Positions 46,552 to 56,019 are shown, counted from the first letter of the stretch. The stretch is DNA of 64,000 nt from an uncultured Candidatus Saccharibacteria bacterium (GCA_964534465.1 CAZHOB010000003.1:14843-78842), one strand, 5' to 3'. The notes: generated by a model from the letters alone, not told the origin. A program made the numbers and translations.

Positions 46552-46647
46552 AATGCGCTCATTCTACAGCAAAAGGGCAATTTGACGTGTGAATTCAAAA
46601 AAGTAGACTGTGGCGGGGAATTCTCCCCGTTCATTGAGGAGTTGAGA

Positions 46648-48039
46648 ATGTACAAGGACGAAATCCTCGACAGAATAGCTGTCGAGGGAGCCAACGTCGC
46701 CCAGTTCGCGAGCTTCGCTCCGGATGGCAAGCAGAGATTCTCGCGTATTCGCGGAGTCCTGCCTGATCATCGGTTCGCCAACTTTGAAGAAGCCGCGGCA
46801 TCGATCCAAAGGACCGGTGCATCCTTCGTCAATATCCGTACCTTCCTGCCACAGAAGCCGGACGGCAATCCGTTCGTCTTCGGTCGCAAGGGGTTCGATA
46901 CTCCCGCCAAAGTCGCCGCCAAAGTACGAGAGTTCCTCGCTGAAGGGTTCTATGTGATCCTGAATGAGGAGATCGATATACGCGACGGCGGATTTTCGGG
47001 GGTCATGATAGGTAACGTCGCGGAGTTCGCCACACGCGACATTCCGCGATGCGTCGAGAAGCCCGGCTGCGCTGTTCTGCCGCGCTTGAAAACGATCAAG
47101 ATGGCGCGACTGATCTACGGTCGTCGGATCAATATTCCGTACGATCGAAGCTATCGCGTGGAATTCTCCGTCCACCCCGACGCGGTGGGGTACTACCGCG
47201 AGCACCAGATAATCTGGCAGGTGGAGAAGACCGCGCACGGCAAAGACACGCCGGAACCTGTTCCGTCGTGGCCGAATCGCGTGAGTGCGGACATGGGCGA
47301 CAAGGCATATGGGCTTCTCATGGCTCATTTGTACGATGTCGGTCTCGTGCCGCATACGACCGTCGTCGGTCGGTACCTTCCGAAGTTCGAGTTCGGGACA
47401 AGAACCGAATCGGAATCCGATTGCTGGCGACGCACCTGTCCCAAAGAACAGCAGCCCGGACTCTTTACGACGGCGCACGGACAGGTGGATCCTTTCGAGC
47501 TCATGCAAAAAGAGGATCCTGATGCGAAGAAGATCACGGCGTTCATCTTCCAGGATAACGTCGACGCTGTTTTCTCCGGCGCAGCCATCACCGGCGGCGA
47601 CGGTGAGCTCATCATCGAAGGTAAGGCCGGACACGGCGATGACTTCATGGTGGGAGCGGGTGGCCCGAGTACTCTTCCCGACAAGGTGACCGACATCGTT
47701 CGCAATCACTGGGAGGTCGCCAAAAAAGACTTTGGCCCCGTTCGCTTCGAGTGGGTGTACGACCGCAAAGGCTCTCTGTGGATCGTGCAGTTCCATGTGG
47801 GGCAGTCGGCTTCTTCGGGCAACACGGTGTATCCGGGCGAACCGGAGAAATTCGTGGAGTTCGATGTGGCACGAGGTCTCGAGGAATTGCGCGTACTTGC
47901 CGCGCAAGCGAGCACTGAAAGCTTCGGTGTGATCCTCCGCGGCAACGTCGGGATCACCTCGCACTTCGGTGACATCCTCCGGCGAAGCAAAGTTCCTTCG
48001 CGACTCGAGCGAGTCGTCGCAGAAAAGATGAGTGCGTAA
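46648..48039 (+). CDS. PEP-utilising-enzyme-like protein (ATP-grasp-like N-terminal region + putative phosphohistidine mobile domain), function unknown
   Basis: C-terminal segment ..VILRGNVGITSHFGDILRRSKVP.. resembles the PEP-utilizers mobile His domain (G-x-TSH-x-x-I-x-R-x-x-x-P). No TIM-barrel PEP-binding domain. Start at RBS-supported Met. Opposite-strand ORF is an R/H-rich antisense artefact. Confidence 0.4.
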   Translation: MYKDEILDRIAVEGANVAQFASFAPDGKQRFSRIRGVLPDHRFANFEEAAASIQRTGASFVNIRTFLPQKPDGNPFVFGRKGFDTPAKVAAKVREFLAEGFYVILNEEIDIRDGGFSGVMIGNVAEFATRDIPRCVEKPGCAVLPRLKTIKMARLIYGRRINIPYDRSYRVEFSVHPDAVGYYREHQIIWQVEKTAHGKDTPEPVPSWPNRVSADMGDKAYGLLMAHLYDVGLVPHTTVVGRYLPKFEFGTRTESESDCWRRTCPKEQQPGLFTTAHGQVDPFELMQKEDPDAKKITAFIFQDNVDAVFSGAAITGGDGELIIEGKAGHGDDFMVGAGGPSTLPDKVTDIVRNHWEVAKKDFGPVRFEWVYDRKGSLWIVQFHVGQSASSGNTVYPGEPEKFVEFDVARGLEELRVLAAQASTESFGVILRGNVGITSHFGDILRRSKVPSRLERVVAEKMSA

Positions 48040-48043
48040 TGTG

Positions 48044-48076
48044 TCGCCCCGAACCGCTTGCGGTTCGGGGCTTTTT
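48044..48076. terminator. Bidirectional intrinsic terminator gccccgaaccgcttgcggttcggggc + TTTTTTT
   Basis: Perfect stem. Between convergent genes. Confidence 0.6.
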
Positions 48077-48086
48077 TTCTATCTAA

Positions 48087-48482
48087 CTATTGCTGCTGCG
48101 GGCCTTTCAATTGTGTCTCTACGGCGCGCAGCACATCGGCTACGCTCGAATCGCCTTTGACCAAATAGTAGAAGGTGTCGTTCATCATGGCCGCCTGCAA
48201 GCTGCCCATGTCGGAGACGTTGGTGAGAATGATGACTTTGGCGGTCTTACCCCAGCCATCCGCGCGAAGCGCATGTATCATATCCATGCCGTTCATCTTG
48301 GGCAATTTGAGATCGACGAGTAAAAGATCGGGGTGCTTTTCGAGAGCCGCCTTGAGGCCCTCTTCGCCGTCGGCGGCGCGCAAGACTTCGTAGCCTTCGT
48401 GTTCGAGCGCGGCACCGAGCGCAAGCGCTGCCGGCACTTCATCTTCTATCACGAGAACGCTGAATTTCTTTTCATCTGCCAT
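48087..48482 (-). CDS. Single-domain response regulator (CheY-like receiver)
   Basis: Receiver motifs VLVIEDE, phospho-acceptor LLLVDLKLP, T/K region (ILTNVSD..YLVKG). Confidence 0.8.
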   Translation of the reverse strand: MADEKKFSVLVIEDEVPAALALGAALEHEGYEVLRAADGEEGLKAALEKHPDLLLVDLKLPKMNGMDMIHALRADGWGKTAKVIILTNVSDMGSLQAAMMNDTFYYLVKGDSSVADVLRAVETQLKGPQQQ

Positions 48483-48503
48483 ATTGGCTACAGTATAGCC
48501 TAA

Positions 48504-49793
48504 TCAGGCTTGTAAAGCATGCTTTTCCACAGTTGCATCCTGCCATTCAAAAGGCACCGAGGCGTAAAAGGTGCTGCCTTTGCCCACTGTCGATTCGAAC
48601 GAAATGCCGCCGTGGTTGCGCTCGAGTATCATTTTGACGACATAGAGGCCCAATCCCGTGCCGTCAGGGACAAGGTCTTGCGCGTTCTGCGCGCGGTAGA
48701 GCTTTTTGAAAATATTGCCCCACTCGCTCTTCGGAATACCAATGCCGGAGTCGGTAACGCGGATAAAGAGCATCTCGCGCGTTGTCGATGCCCGAGAGAC
48801 TTCGCAGTCCACCTTGCCGCCCTGCGGCGTGTATTTGATCGCATTGGAGAGAAGGTTTTGGAAGACCATGCGCATGAGGAATTTGTCGGCTTTGAGATGC
48901 GGTAGGTCGCTGGCGACCACAAGAGAGACCGCGACCTTCTTCTGGTCAGCCACGTGTATCTGCTCTTTGAGCACGCTCTGTGCGAGTTCGTTGATATCGA
49001 ATTCTTCAATGCGCGCGGCAAAGGTGTCCAGTTCGATACGAGAGACGTTGAGCATGTCGTTGACGATATCTATCATGTGCTGACCTTCCTCGTGAATATT
49101 TTCCAGATACGTGCGCTGGGTGCTGCTGAGCGGGTCGGCGCCTTTTTGGAGGAGGAGCTCGGAGAGCCATTTCATGGCAGTCACCGGCGTCTTCAGCTGG
49201 TGCGAAGCGAGCGAGACGAATTCGGATTTCGCCCTGTCGATCTCTGTCTCTCTCGTGACGTCGTGCGCGATGCCTTGAATGCGGGCAACGATGCCGTTGT
49301 GGTCGCGGATATTTTTGCCTTCGATGCGCAAATAGCGCGTCTGCTTGGTGTTGGGTAGGACGATGCGCATCGTGAAATCAAAAGAACCGGGGGCCTTTTG
49401 CGCCTTCTCCCACGAGGCATCCACGGTTTTTTTGTCGTCTTTGTGCGCCGCCTCGACGAAGGCATCGAGCGAAGGTGCTTTGCGCCGAGCGACGAAGCCG
49501 AAGAGATCGTACATCTCCGGCGTCCAATAACTTTCAGCGGGATTCAATATATCCCACACGAAGCTGCCGAAGTGCCCGATGCGCTCGGCCTCTGCGAGCT
49601 GCGCCGTGACCACGTCGTACGCGCGAATGATGTGCGCCATGCGCTCCTCCGCGCGCCTGCGAGCCGTGAGCGAGACGGCAAATACTATCGCAATGACAAC
49701 GACCAAAAAAACTCCGGCGAGTATCAGCGGAAAATACGGCACGCCCTGTGCAGCATCAAGCGCGCTCTTCAGCACTACTGAAAGTGGGTCCAC
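48504..49793 (-). CDS. Sensor histidine kinase with PAS domain
   Basis: N-terminal TM. PAS-like region. H-box ASHQLKTPVTAMKW. HATPase_c G-boxes (..RVTDSGIGIP.., GTGLGL). GTG start. Confidence 0.85.
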   Translation of the reverse strand: MDPLSVVLKSALDAAQGVPYFPLILAGVFLVVVIAIVFAVSLTARRRAEERMAHIIRAYDVVTAQLAEAERIGHFGSFVWDILNPAESYWTPEMYDLFGFVARRKAPSLDAFVEAAHKDDKKTVDASWEKAQKAPGSFDFTMRIVLPNTKQTRYLRIEGKNIRDHNGIVARIQGIAHDVTRETEIDRAKSEFVSLASHQLKTPVTAMKWLSELLLQKGADPLSSTQRTYLENIHEEGQHMIDIVNDMLNVSRIELDTFAARIEEFDINELAQSVLKEQIHVADQKKVAVSLVVASDLPHLKADKFLMRMVFQNLLSNAIKYTPQGGKVDCEVSRASTTREMLFIRVTDSGIGIPKSEWGNIFKKLYRAQNAQDLVPDGTGLGLYVVKMILERNHGGISFESTVGKGSTFYASVPFEWQDATVEKHALQA

Positions 49794-49827
49794 GAAATCA
49801 TTCTAGCAAACAATTAGTACTCGTGAT

Positions 49828-50199
49828 CTATCTGGTCGGCGCTTCAGGAAATCGCTTGAGTACTTCTTTGGCTACGGCGAGGGTAAAAGGCTCGTCGTAA
49901 AAGAAAAAGTTCTTTTGTATCGTCTCAAGATACGCTTCAAGGACATCCGGCGTGACACCTGCTGCAGATTGCTCCTCGATGGCAAATCGTGGATCCGCCA
50001 TGATCTCTTGTTCTTCGTCGGCGAGTCTCTGTAGTACATCTTTTGCGGTGGCCACCGCTTCTCGAAGCGTCGCATTATTCTTTTCGTCCAGCTCGTACAT
50101 CTGACCACGCGGGCCCTCCGGCAATTTTTCGCCATCAACAGCCATCGTATCCTTCTTCTTGAAAAAGCGGTCCTCAAAATTTCTCAATACTTCTCCCAT
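49828..50199 (-). CDS. Hypothetical protein (123 aa)
   Basis: ORF upstream of and co-oriented with the histidine kinase. Confidence 0.35.
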   Translation of the reverse strand: MGEVLRNFEDRFFKKKDTMAVDGEKLPEGPRGQMYELDEKNNATLREAVATAKDVLQRLADEEQEIMADPRFAIEEQSAAGVTPDVLEAYLETIQKNFFFYDEPFTLAVAKEVLKRFPEAPTR

Positions 50200-50253
50200 G
50201 TCGAGAATACTACCATAAGAGAAAGGCGGTCATCCGTACGGATGACCGCTCGC

Positions 50254-50466
50254 TCACATGATGCTGCGCGTACCTGCGTTCGTCTTCTTGATCACTCGAT
50301 CGCCGGAGCGGCCGCAGAATGGAATGAAGTTGTCGTGCGCTTTTTGCCACGCTTTGTAAGTCTCTGGAGATGTCCTCTTGGCAAGGTCTTCCTCGACCCG
50401 CATGCAAAGATAATTGCAATCGCCGAGGCACTCATCGCCCGTAGCGGTAACCCGACATTTCGCCAT
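50254..50466 (-). CDS. Small Cys-rich protein (70 aa)
   Basis: Six Cys (CRVTATGDECLGDCNYLC...FCG). Possible metal-binding. Confidence 0.3.
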   Translation of the reverse strand: MAKCRVTATGDECLGDCNYLCMRVEEDLAKRTSPETYKAWQKAHDNFIPFCGRSGDRVIKKTNAGTRSIM

Positions 50467-50525
50467 TGTTTGCTCCTTTAGACTTAATGCTCACTGTAGC
50501 AACTCTAGCTCATGAGCGGGACTCG

Positions 50526-50753
50526 TCAATTCAATATCGAAAGCGTTTTGGACGGTCCGCGGTGGCCTTTGATGATTCGCACTTTTGCTGCGGAGACGCC
50601 GAGCTGTCTCGCAATGAGTTCAATAATGCGACGGTTCGCCATATTGCCTTTCGGTTTTTCACGGACGCACACTTCAAAGTGATCGCCCGAGACTTTCTTC
50701 ACCTCTTCATTCTTAGCGCCCGTCCTCGCGCGGACTTTGATATGCATGTTCAA
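50526..50753 (-). CDS. DUF167/YggU-family protein
   Basis: MNMHIKVRARTGAKNEEV..HFEVCVREKPKGNMANRRIIELIARQLGVSAAKVRIIKGHRGPSK matches UPF0235 family pattern. Confidence 0.6.
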   Translation of the reverse strand: MNMHIKVRARTGAKNEEVKKVSGDHFEVCVREKPKGNMANRRIIELIARQLGVSAAKVRIIKGHRGPSKTLSILN

Positions 50754-51128
50754 CTATTCACCGAGCTGCACTTTGACCTTTTCAAGCAGGGTCTCCATCG
50801 TGATATTGCCCTTGATGACGTAGTGAAATGTTTCCTGCTGAATTGCCTCATCGATGGTCTTCTCGTCGGTTACGTTGGTCAGGATCATCACTTTTACGTT
50901 TTTACCCCACTCATCCTCTCGTATCTTTCGTATCATCATCATGCCGGACATTTCGCCGGGCAAAAGCAGATCCGCGATGACGAGGTCGGGGCGTTCGGTC
51001 AGTGCGAGGCGTACACCATCCTCGCCATTCATAGCTTTGAATACGGTATAGCCCGCGCTGCCGAGCACATCCGCGAGAATATCGAGCATTTTCACCTCGT
51101 CCTCTACGACGAGTATCTTTTGCGCCAT
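50754..51128 (-). CDS. Single-domain response regulator (CheY-like), paralog of 48087-48482
   Basis: KILVVEDE, DLVIADLLLP, ILTNVTD..YVIKG. Confidence 0.8.
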   Translation of the reverse strand: MAQKILVVEDEVKMLDILADVLGSAGYTVFKAMNGEDGVRLALTERPDLVIADLLLPGEMSGMMMIRKIREDEWGKNVKVMILTNVTDEKTIDEAIQQETFHYVIKGNITMETLLEKVKVQLGE

Positions 51129-51212
51129 GCCGGAATTATATCACCACCCATCTTGCTGGGAACGAAGAAGTGAAAACGAACAAGGGAGCCTTTCGGCTCC
51201 CCTTTCTTTTAG

Positions 51213-51368
51213 TTGGATGCGTGATCTGACATGCAGCGAAGGCATGTGGTTTGGCGGTAGCGGGTTTTGATGAATTTATTGTCGCAAACATCGCATAAGT
51301 GCACATTGGGCGCGGTCGTACGCTCTATCCACTTGCCGTCTTTCATGAAATTTTTGACCATAGAAATA
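51213..51368 (-). CDS. Small zinc-ribbon protein (~51 aa)
   Basis: MVKNFMKDGKWIERTTAPNVHLCDVCDNKFIKTRYRQTTCLRCMSDHASN with C-x2-C...C-x2-C. Terminator hairpin gggagccgaaaggctccc downstream. Below ORF-track length cutoff. Confidence 0.3.
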
Positions 51369-51455
51369 CCCTTTGGTTAAGCCAACTTATCACAGATTTG
51401 ACATCTCGTCAACAATATGGAAGTTATAGAAAAAGGTCGCGATGTGAGCCGCGAC

Positions 51456-52043
51456 CTACTCCTCCAATGTGCACTGATTGTTTGGGCGCTTGAATTCGCG
51501 CGATTCTTGGTGTCTGTGGTGCCAGTTTTGTGCAAAGCGGGCGGCAACCTGCGGATCGTTACGAATAAATGTAACGTTTTCGGCATTCCTTTTCTGCGCA
51601 CTCACCGTGAAGTTAAAGCTTCCCGTAACAACGTGTTTTTGGTCGATGACCATCACTTTGTTGTGGGCGATCGCCACTGAATGATCGGTCACGACAGGCA
51701 CGCCATGGTCGACCATGCATGTGCCGCCACTGTAACGATCTTGCTCGTTACTTTTGTCGAGGATCACACGCACATCCACCCGTCTTGCCTTTGCGCGGTC
51801 GATAGCTTCAAGGATAGGCGGTGAAGTGTAATTGTATGCTTGGATCAAGAGCTCCTTTTCCGCCAGTGCGACTTTGTCCACTACGAACTGCGTACAGTCT
51901 TCGCCAGGTGTGAAGCACACTTCTATTTGCGGCAGCGTACTGTACCTATGCGACAGTTTCTTGGTCACATAGATGCCGGCAAAAAGTCCGAAGAGAGCTC
52001 CAAAGAGCAGAAGTGTGAGCGCGTGCTTGAGCTTTGACTGCAT
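51456..52043 (-). CDS. Phospholipase D-family (Nuc-like) endonuclease, membrane-anchored/secreted
   Basis: Single HKD motif AIAHNKVMVIDQKHVVTGSFNFT. N-terminal TM/signal (ALTLLLFGALFGLFAGIYV). Size and layout like Nuc endonucleases. Start MQSKLK with RBS GCGGAGGACAAA. Confidence 0.7.
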   Translation of the reverse strand: MQSKLKHALTLLLFGALFGLFAGIYVTKKLSHRYSTLPQIEVCFTPGEDCTQFVVDKVALAEKELLIQAYNYTSPPILEAIDRAKARRVDVRVILDKSNEQDRYSGGTCMVDHGVPVVTDHSVAIAHNKVMVIDQKHVVTGSFNFTVSAQKRNAENVTFIRNDPQVAARFAQNWHHRHQESREFKRPNNQCTLEE

Positions 52044-52174
52044 TTTGTCCTCCGCTTGTCCGGACACGATAGTGCCATTTAGGCGTATATGTGTCAATGA
52101 ACGTCTATCCCCTTGCGAACGCGGTACATTTTTTTTAAAAAATACCCCGACCGAGATGGCCGGGGCGATGTACG

Positions 52175-52600
52175 TTACGACGCTTTCTTTTTCTCTTCGA
52201 ACCCTGCGATGGAATTGATTTGTTCGGACTGCCCGGCGGTAATGACGCCGTCACGACAAGCCACGTACAGGAGGCTGTCCAATCCGCTCTTGAACGCGGC
52301 GGTAGCGCCGGCCAACTTTTCGGCGGCTCGTTTTTCCGTGATGTTGATGAGCTTCGAGATCTCGATGATCTCGTCGCGGTCCTCAAAGCCGTGCTCATGG
52401 CCGCAATGACCGCACCCGATCTGTCCATCGGCACAAATGTGCAAGGACAGCTTGGGAAAACCGCAACGTGCACAAGATTGCGCAAGTACGGGGTCGTTGA
52501 AATGTACGACCGCCTTAGTGCCTTCGATCTTCGTGATCTCACCGTAGGCCACGAGTTTGCGACCCTGTACGTCGACCAAATCACCGCTATTGAACTTCAT
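52175..52600 (-). CDS. Cys/His-rich putative zinc-binding protein with TerB-like C-terminal segment
   Basis: CARCGFPKLSLHICADGQIGCGHCGHEHG cluster. C-terminal ..LLYVACRDGVITAGQSEQINSIA.. reminiscent of TerB (ADG..eE) motif. Terminator ccccggccatctcggtcgggg downstream. Confidence 0.4.
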   Translation of the reverse strand: MKFNSGDLVDVQGRKLVAYGEITKIEGTKAVVHFNDPVLAQSCARCGFPKLSLHICADGQIGCGHCGHEHGFEDRDEIIEISKLINITEKRAAEKLAGATAAFKSGLDSLLYVACRDGVITAGQSEQINSIAGFEEKKKAS

Positions 52601-52684
52601 CGGAACCTCCTTCTAGTTCTCTCTTGTCGGACTATACTTTAGCACGTGTTTCTAAAACGTCAATTCAGCGGGGTGACCGATCAC

Positions 52685-53923
52685 TTATTCAATGAACGTC
52701 AGCGCCTTGCCGCGCTTGCCGGCACGGCCGGTGCGGCCGATGCGATGCACATAATCGTCGTACGTGGTCGGAAGGTCGAAATTGATGACGTGGCTCACGC
52801 CGTCGATGTCGATGCCGCGGGCGGCCACGTCGGTCGCTACGAGCACTTGCACATGGCTGGCCTTGAAGAGCGAAAGAGCCCTCTGGCGCTTGCTCTGATT
52901 TTTGTTGCCGTGGATGGACTCGGCTTTGAAGCCGCGCGCTGCGAGGTTTTTCATCAGGCGTTCCACGCCGTGCTTCGTGCGGCCGAAGATAAGTACTTTG
53001 TTGAATTCCGGCTGTATAAGCAGGTCATGCAATACATCGAGCTTGTTCTTTCCGCCCTCGATGCGGATGATGTCCTGATCAACGGTCGCTGCGGTGTCGC
53101 GCGTCTTGATGGAAATGCGGATAGGGTCGTTCAGGAATTGATGGATGAGACTCTCGATCTCCCTCGAAAGCGTCGCGGAGAAGAAAAGTGTGTGGCGTTG
53201 CTTGGGAGTGAACGAGAGCAAATACTGTATGTCACGGATGAATCCCATGTCGAGCATGCGATCGGCTTCGTCGAGTACGACGTTCTGATACTTGGAAAGG
53301 TTGACGACTTTTTGCTCAAACAAGTCTTTGAGACGCCCTGGTGTCGCGATGACGAAGTGCGGGTCCTCGCGCATGCCGCGTATCTGCGGATTGATGTTGA
53401 CCCCACCGACGGCCACGACGGATCTGAAACCGGAACCGTGCGCGAAGCCTTTGAGTTCCTCGTCTATCTGCACCGCGAGCTCTCGCGTCGGCACGATGAT
53501 AAGCACGCGCTGTTCGCGCTGCTTTACTACTTTGTCGAGGAGCGGAATGAGAAATGCGCCTGTCTTACCGGTGCCGGTATCGGCAAGTCCGACCACGTCG
53601 CGTCCCGTGAGCACGTGGGGAATTGCCTGATCTTGAATAGGCGTCGGCGTGACATACCCCTTGCGTGCGATATTGGATTTGATGCGCGCGTCGATATCGA
53701 AATCGGCAAATTTGTGTTTGGGTACAAAAACCACCATCTCCGCTTCCTCCACGCCCTTATTAATGAATTTGGAAAAGTGGATCTCCTGCCCTTTTTGATT
53801 GCCGCGGCTCTGACGCTGCGGGCGGAACGCCGGTCGTCCGAAGGAACGACCGCGCGAGAAGCCCTGCCTGCCGGCAGGCAGGCTCCGCTGTCCGCGTTGT
53901 GTGCTGTGTGAGTGATAACCCAT
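52685..53923 (-). CDS. DEAD-box ATP-dependent RNA helicase
   Basis: Q-motif, motif I ADTGTGKTGAF, motif II DEAD (VLDEADRMLDMGF), motif III SAT, motif VI HRIGRTGRAG. RG-rich N-terminal extension. Long 5' leader. Confidence 0.9.
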   Translation of the reverse strand: MGYHSHSTQRGQRSLPAGRQGFSRGRSFGRPAFRPQRQSRGNQKGQEIHFSKFINKGVEEAEMVVFVPKHKFADFDIDARIKSNIARKGYVTPTPIQDQAIPHVLTGRDVVGLADTGTGKTGAFLIPLLDKVVKQREQRVLIIVPTRELAVQIDEELKGFAHGSGFRSVVAVGGVNINPQIRGMREDPHFVIATPGRLKDLFEQKVVNLSKYQNVVLDEADRMLDMGFIRDIQYLLSFTPKQRHTLFFSATLSREIESLIHQFLNDPIRISIKTRDTAATVDQDIIRIEGGKNKLDVLHDLLIQPEFNKVLIFGRTKHGVERLMKNLAARGFKAESIHGNKNQSKRQRALSLFKASHVQVLVATDVAARGIDIDGVSHVINFDLPTTYDDYVHRIGRTGRAGKRGKALTFIE

Positions 53924-54152
53924 ATAGTTTTATATGCCCGAGTTTACGGGCTTAAGCTTTTCCGCTAGGCGGAAAGCCTCTTAAATGTGTCTAACTGTTC
54001 TCGGGAGGTTCGCCTTTAGCTAACAGGCGGCCTTGGATCTCCCAAGACGAAAACCGATGGAGAAAGCTTTGACTCGGTAACAGTAGCAGATTCAATCCTC
54101 CTTGTCAAGCAAAACAAAACCGCCACGTCATTTGCGACATGGCGGCAGTTCA

Positions 54153-54413
54153 TCAGTAATCTTCGTCGATCAGAGAGAAAGGGGGCCTGTGATTCCATTC
54201 GTCAACGAGTGGGAGCGCGGCGTCTGCCGCCTCATCCCCATAAGTTGCGCGGACTTCAGCAACTGCCTCATTCCATTCGCTTCGTTCGCGGGCCAGGAAT
54301 TCATCATCGACACCATCCATTCTGTCGATGGTGTCGTAATGTGAGTCCATGCGCTGCTTAATTGCCTTGAGTTCCTCGAAGGCTTCCTCGGCCTTACCTG
54401 TCAGTGAAGACAT
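54153..54413 (-). CDS. Small acidic hypothetical protein (86 aa)
   Basis: ORF followed on minus strand by terminator ccgccatgtcgcaaatgacgtggcgg + TTTTGTTTTG (54110-54150). Confidence 0.4.
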   Translation of the reverse strand: MSSLTGKAEEAFEELKAIKQRMDSHYDTIDRMDGVDDEFLARERSEWNEAVAEVRATYGDEAADAALPLVDEWNHRPPFSLIDEDY

Positions 54414-54423
54414 TGGTGCCTCC

Positions 54424-54789
54424 TCACGTGGCCACGCGCTTGAAGCGCTCGCCGCGGTTACCGTCCTTGAAGCGACGGAACGACTGCGTGTGGGTTGGGA
54501 TCATTGTTCCGTCCTTCACGTCTTTCATCGAGACCGCATCACCGTTGATGAAAGTGATCTCACAGACGCGATCGCCGTGAATCCATTGCTCCGTCGACAC
54601 GCCCATCTTGTTCAGAGCGACAGAATCTCTCCGATCACGCGTCGTCGACTGGTCGGCTAGTTTCTTGAACAACTCGAACGAGATCAGCTTCTGCCATGAG
54701 ATGCTGGCATCCTGCCACCCTTCGCGGTTCACTACGACACGATAGAACTTCTGATGCCATTGCTCGGAAGTCTTGCGATCGTCACTCAT
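54424..54789 (-). CDS. Hypothetical protein (121 aa)
   Basis: ORF only. Confidence 0.35.
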   Translation of the reverse strand: MSDDRKTSEQWHQKFYRVVVNREGWQDASISWQKLISFELFKKLADQSTTRDRRDSVALNKMGVSTEQWIHGDRVCEITFINGDAVSMKDVKDGTMIPTHTQSFRRFKDGNRGERFKRVAT

Positions 54790-54877
54790 CTTTTATCTCC
54801 TTCATCCATTCCAGAGATTGGGCCGATATTGACCGGCCCACATTATATATTAATAGATGTATTTGTCAAGATGTACT

Positions 54878-54916
54878 CGACGCAACTATCGACCTACGAG
54901 GTCGATAGTTGCGTCG
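54878..54916. promoter_or_regulatory. 39-bp palindrome CGACGCAACTATCGACCT-acg-AGGTCGATAGTTGCGTCG in the guaC promoter region
   Basis: 18-bp perfect arms between a TTGTCA -35-like element and the guaC start. Inner 22 bp identical to 60441-60462 inside ligD. Confidence 0.5.
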
Positions 54917-54948
54917 CTCCAAAAAAAACATGCTATTGTGAGACATGC

Positions 54949-55992
54949 ATGCGCATCGAGGCGGACACAAAGCTGGATTATAAGGACGTGCTGATACGCC
55001 CGAAGCGCTCTACGCTCACCAGTCGTAGCGAAGTAAACATCTCCCGCACCTTTGCCTTCAAAGACTCGGGGCAAACGCTCACCACCGTGCCCATCATCGC
55101 CGCCAACATGGACGGCGTCGGCACCATGGCGATGGCACGCGCTTTTTTTCCGCACAAAATGTTGGTCGCTCTGCACAAATATTACGAGCTCCCGCAGCTC
55201 AGGACATTTTTTAATTCACTGAAGCCAGCTGAAGCGCCGTACGTTTTTTACACGATGGGCATCAAGGACACCGACGTAGAACGACTCGACGCGCTCTTAA
55301 AAATTCTCGACCAAAGCAAGATAGCGAGCATTTGCATCGATGTGGCCAACGGCTACACCGAGCGATTTGTGGATTTTGTTAAGCGCATCCGCGAACGCTT
55401 CCCTTCAAAGATAATGATGGCCGGCAACGTGGTTACCGGCGAGATAGTAGAAGAGCTCGCGCTTTCTGGAGTGGATATCATCAAAGTCGGAATAGGACCG
55501 GGCTCGGTGTGTACGACGCGCAAAATGACGGGCGTCGGCTACCCACAGCTCTCGGCGGTCATCGAATGTGCCGATGCCGCACACGGCATCGGCACACGCA
55601 TCTGCGCCGACGGCGGCTGTCAGGTGCCCGGCGATGTGGCCAAGGCCTTCGGCGCGGGTGGCGATTTCGTCATGATAGGCAGCATGCTCTCGGGCCATAC
55701 TGAATCCGAGGAAAAGCCGTATCTCAAGAACGGTAAAAGATATATTAAATACTACGGCTCATCGTCGGAGGAAGCGATGATGAAGCATGTTGGCAAAGTT
55801 GCGCACTACCGCGCGAGCGAGGGCAAGAGCGTCGAGGTACCTTTCACCGGCCCCGTGGAGAGAACAATTCAAGACATCCTCGGCGGCCTTCGCTCCGCTT
55901 GCACCTACGTGGGTGCGCAGCATCTCAAAGAGTTGCCCAAACGCACCACCTTCATCCGCGTGACACAACAGCTGAATCCCAAATACGATTAA
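54949..55992 (+). CDS. guaC: GMP reductase
   Basis: N-terminus [29 protein letters not shown] typical of GuaC. IMPDH/GMPR TIM barrel with catalytic Cys loop ([11 protein letters not shown]). Start trimmed from longer ORF. Confidence 0.85.
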   Translation: MRIEADTKLDYKDVLIRPKRSTLTSRSEVNISRTFAFKDSGQTLTTVPIIAANMDGVGTMAMARAFFPHKMLVALHKYYELPQLRTFFNSLKPAEAPYVFYTMGIKDTDVERLDALLKILDQSKIASICIDVANGYTERFVDFVKRIRERFPSKIMMAGNVVTGEIVEELALSGVDIIKVGIGPGSVCTTRKMTGVGYPQLSAVIECADAAHGIGTRICADGGCQVPGDVAKAFGAGGDFVMIGSMLSGHTESEEKPYLKNGKRYIKYYGSSSEEAMMKHVGKVAHYRASEGKSVEVPFTGPVERTIQDILGGLRSACTYVGAQHLKELPKRTTFIRVTQQLNPKYD

Positions 55993-56019
55993 AGCCCGCT
56001 AGTGCGGGCTTTGCTTTGC

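Noticed and set aside
45976-46647. N-terminal 220 aa of the 687-aa + strand ORF
   Set aside because: Overlaps zwf on the opposite strand. The real gene begins at the RBS-supported Met at 46648.
46564-47964. 466-aa minus-strand ORF
   Set aside because: Arg/His-rich low-complexity translation typical of an antisense artefact. It is fully nested opposite the better-supported + strand gene 46648-48039.
52646-53911. 421-aa + strand ORF
   Set aside because: Antisense to the DEAD-box helicase gene, whose conserved motifs are unambiguous on the minus strand.
54754-54948. N-terminal extension of the guaC ORF
   Set aside because: GMP reductase N-terminus ([21 protein letters not shown]) begins at 54949. 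The extension covers the divergent promoter and the 39-bp palindrome.
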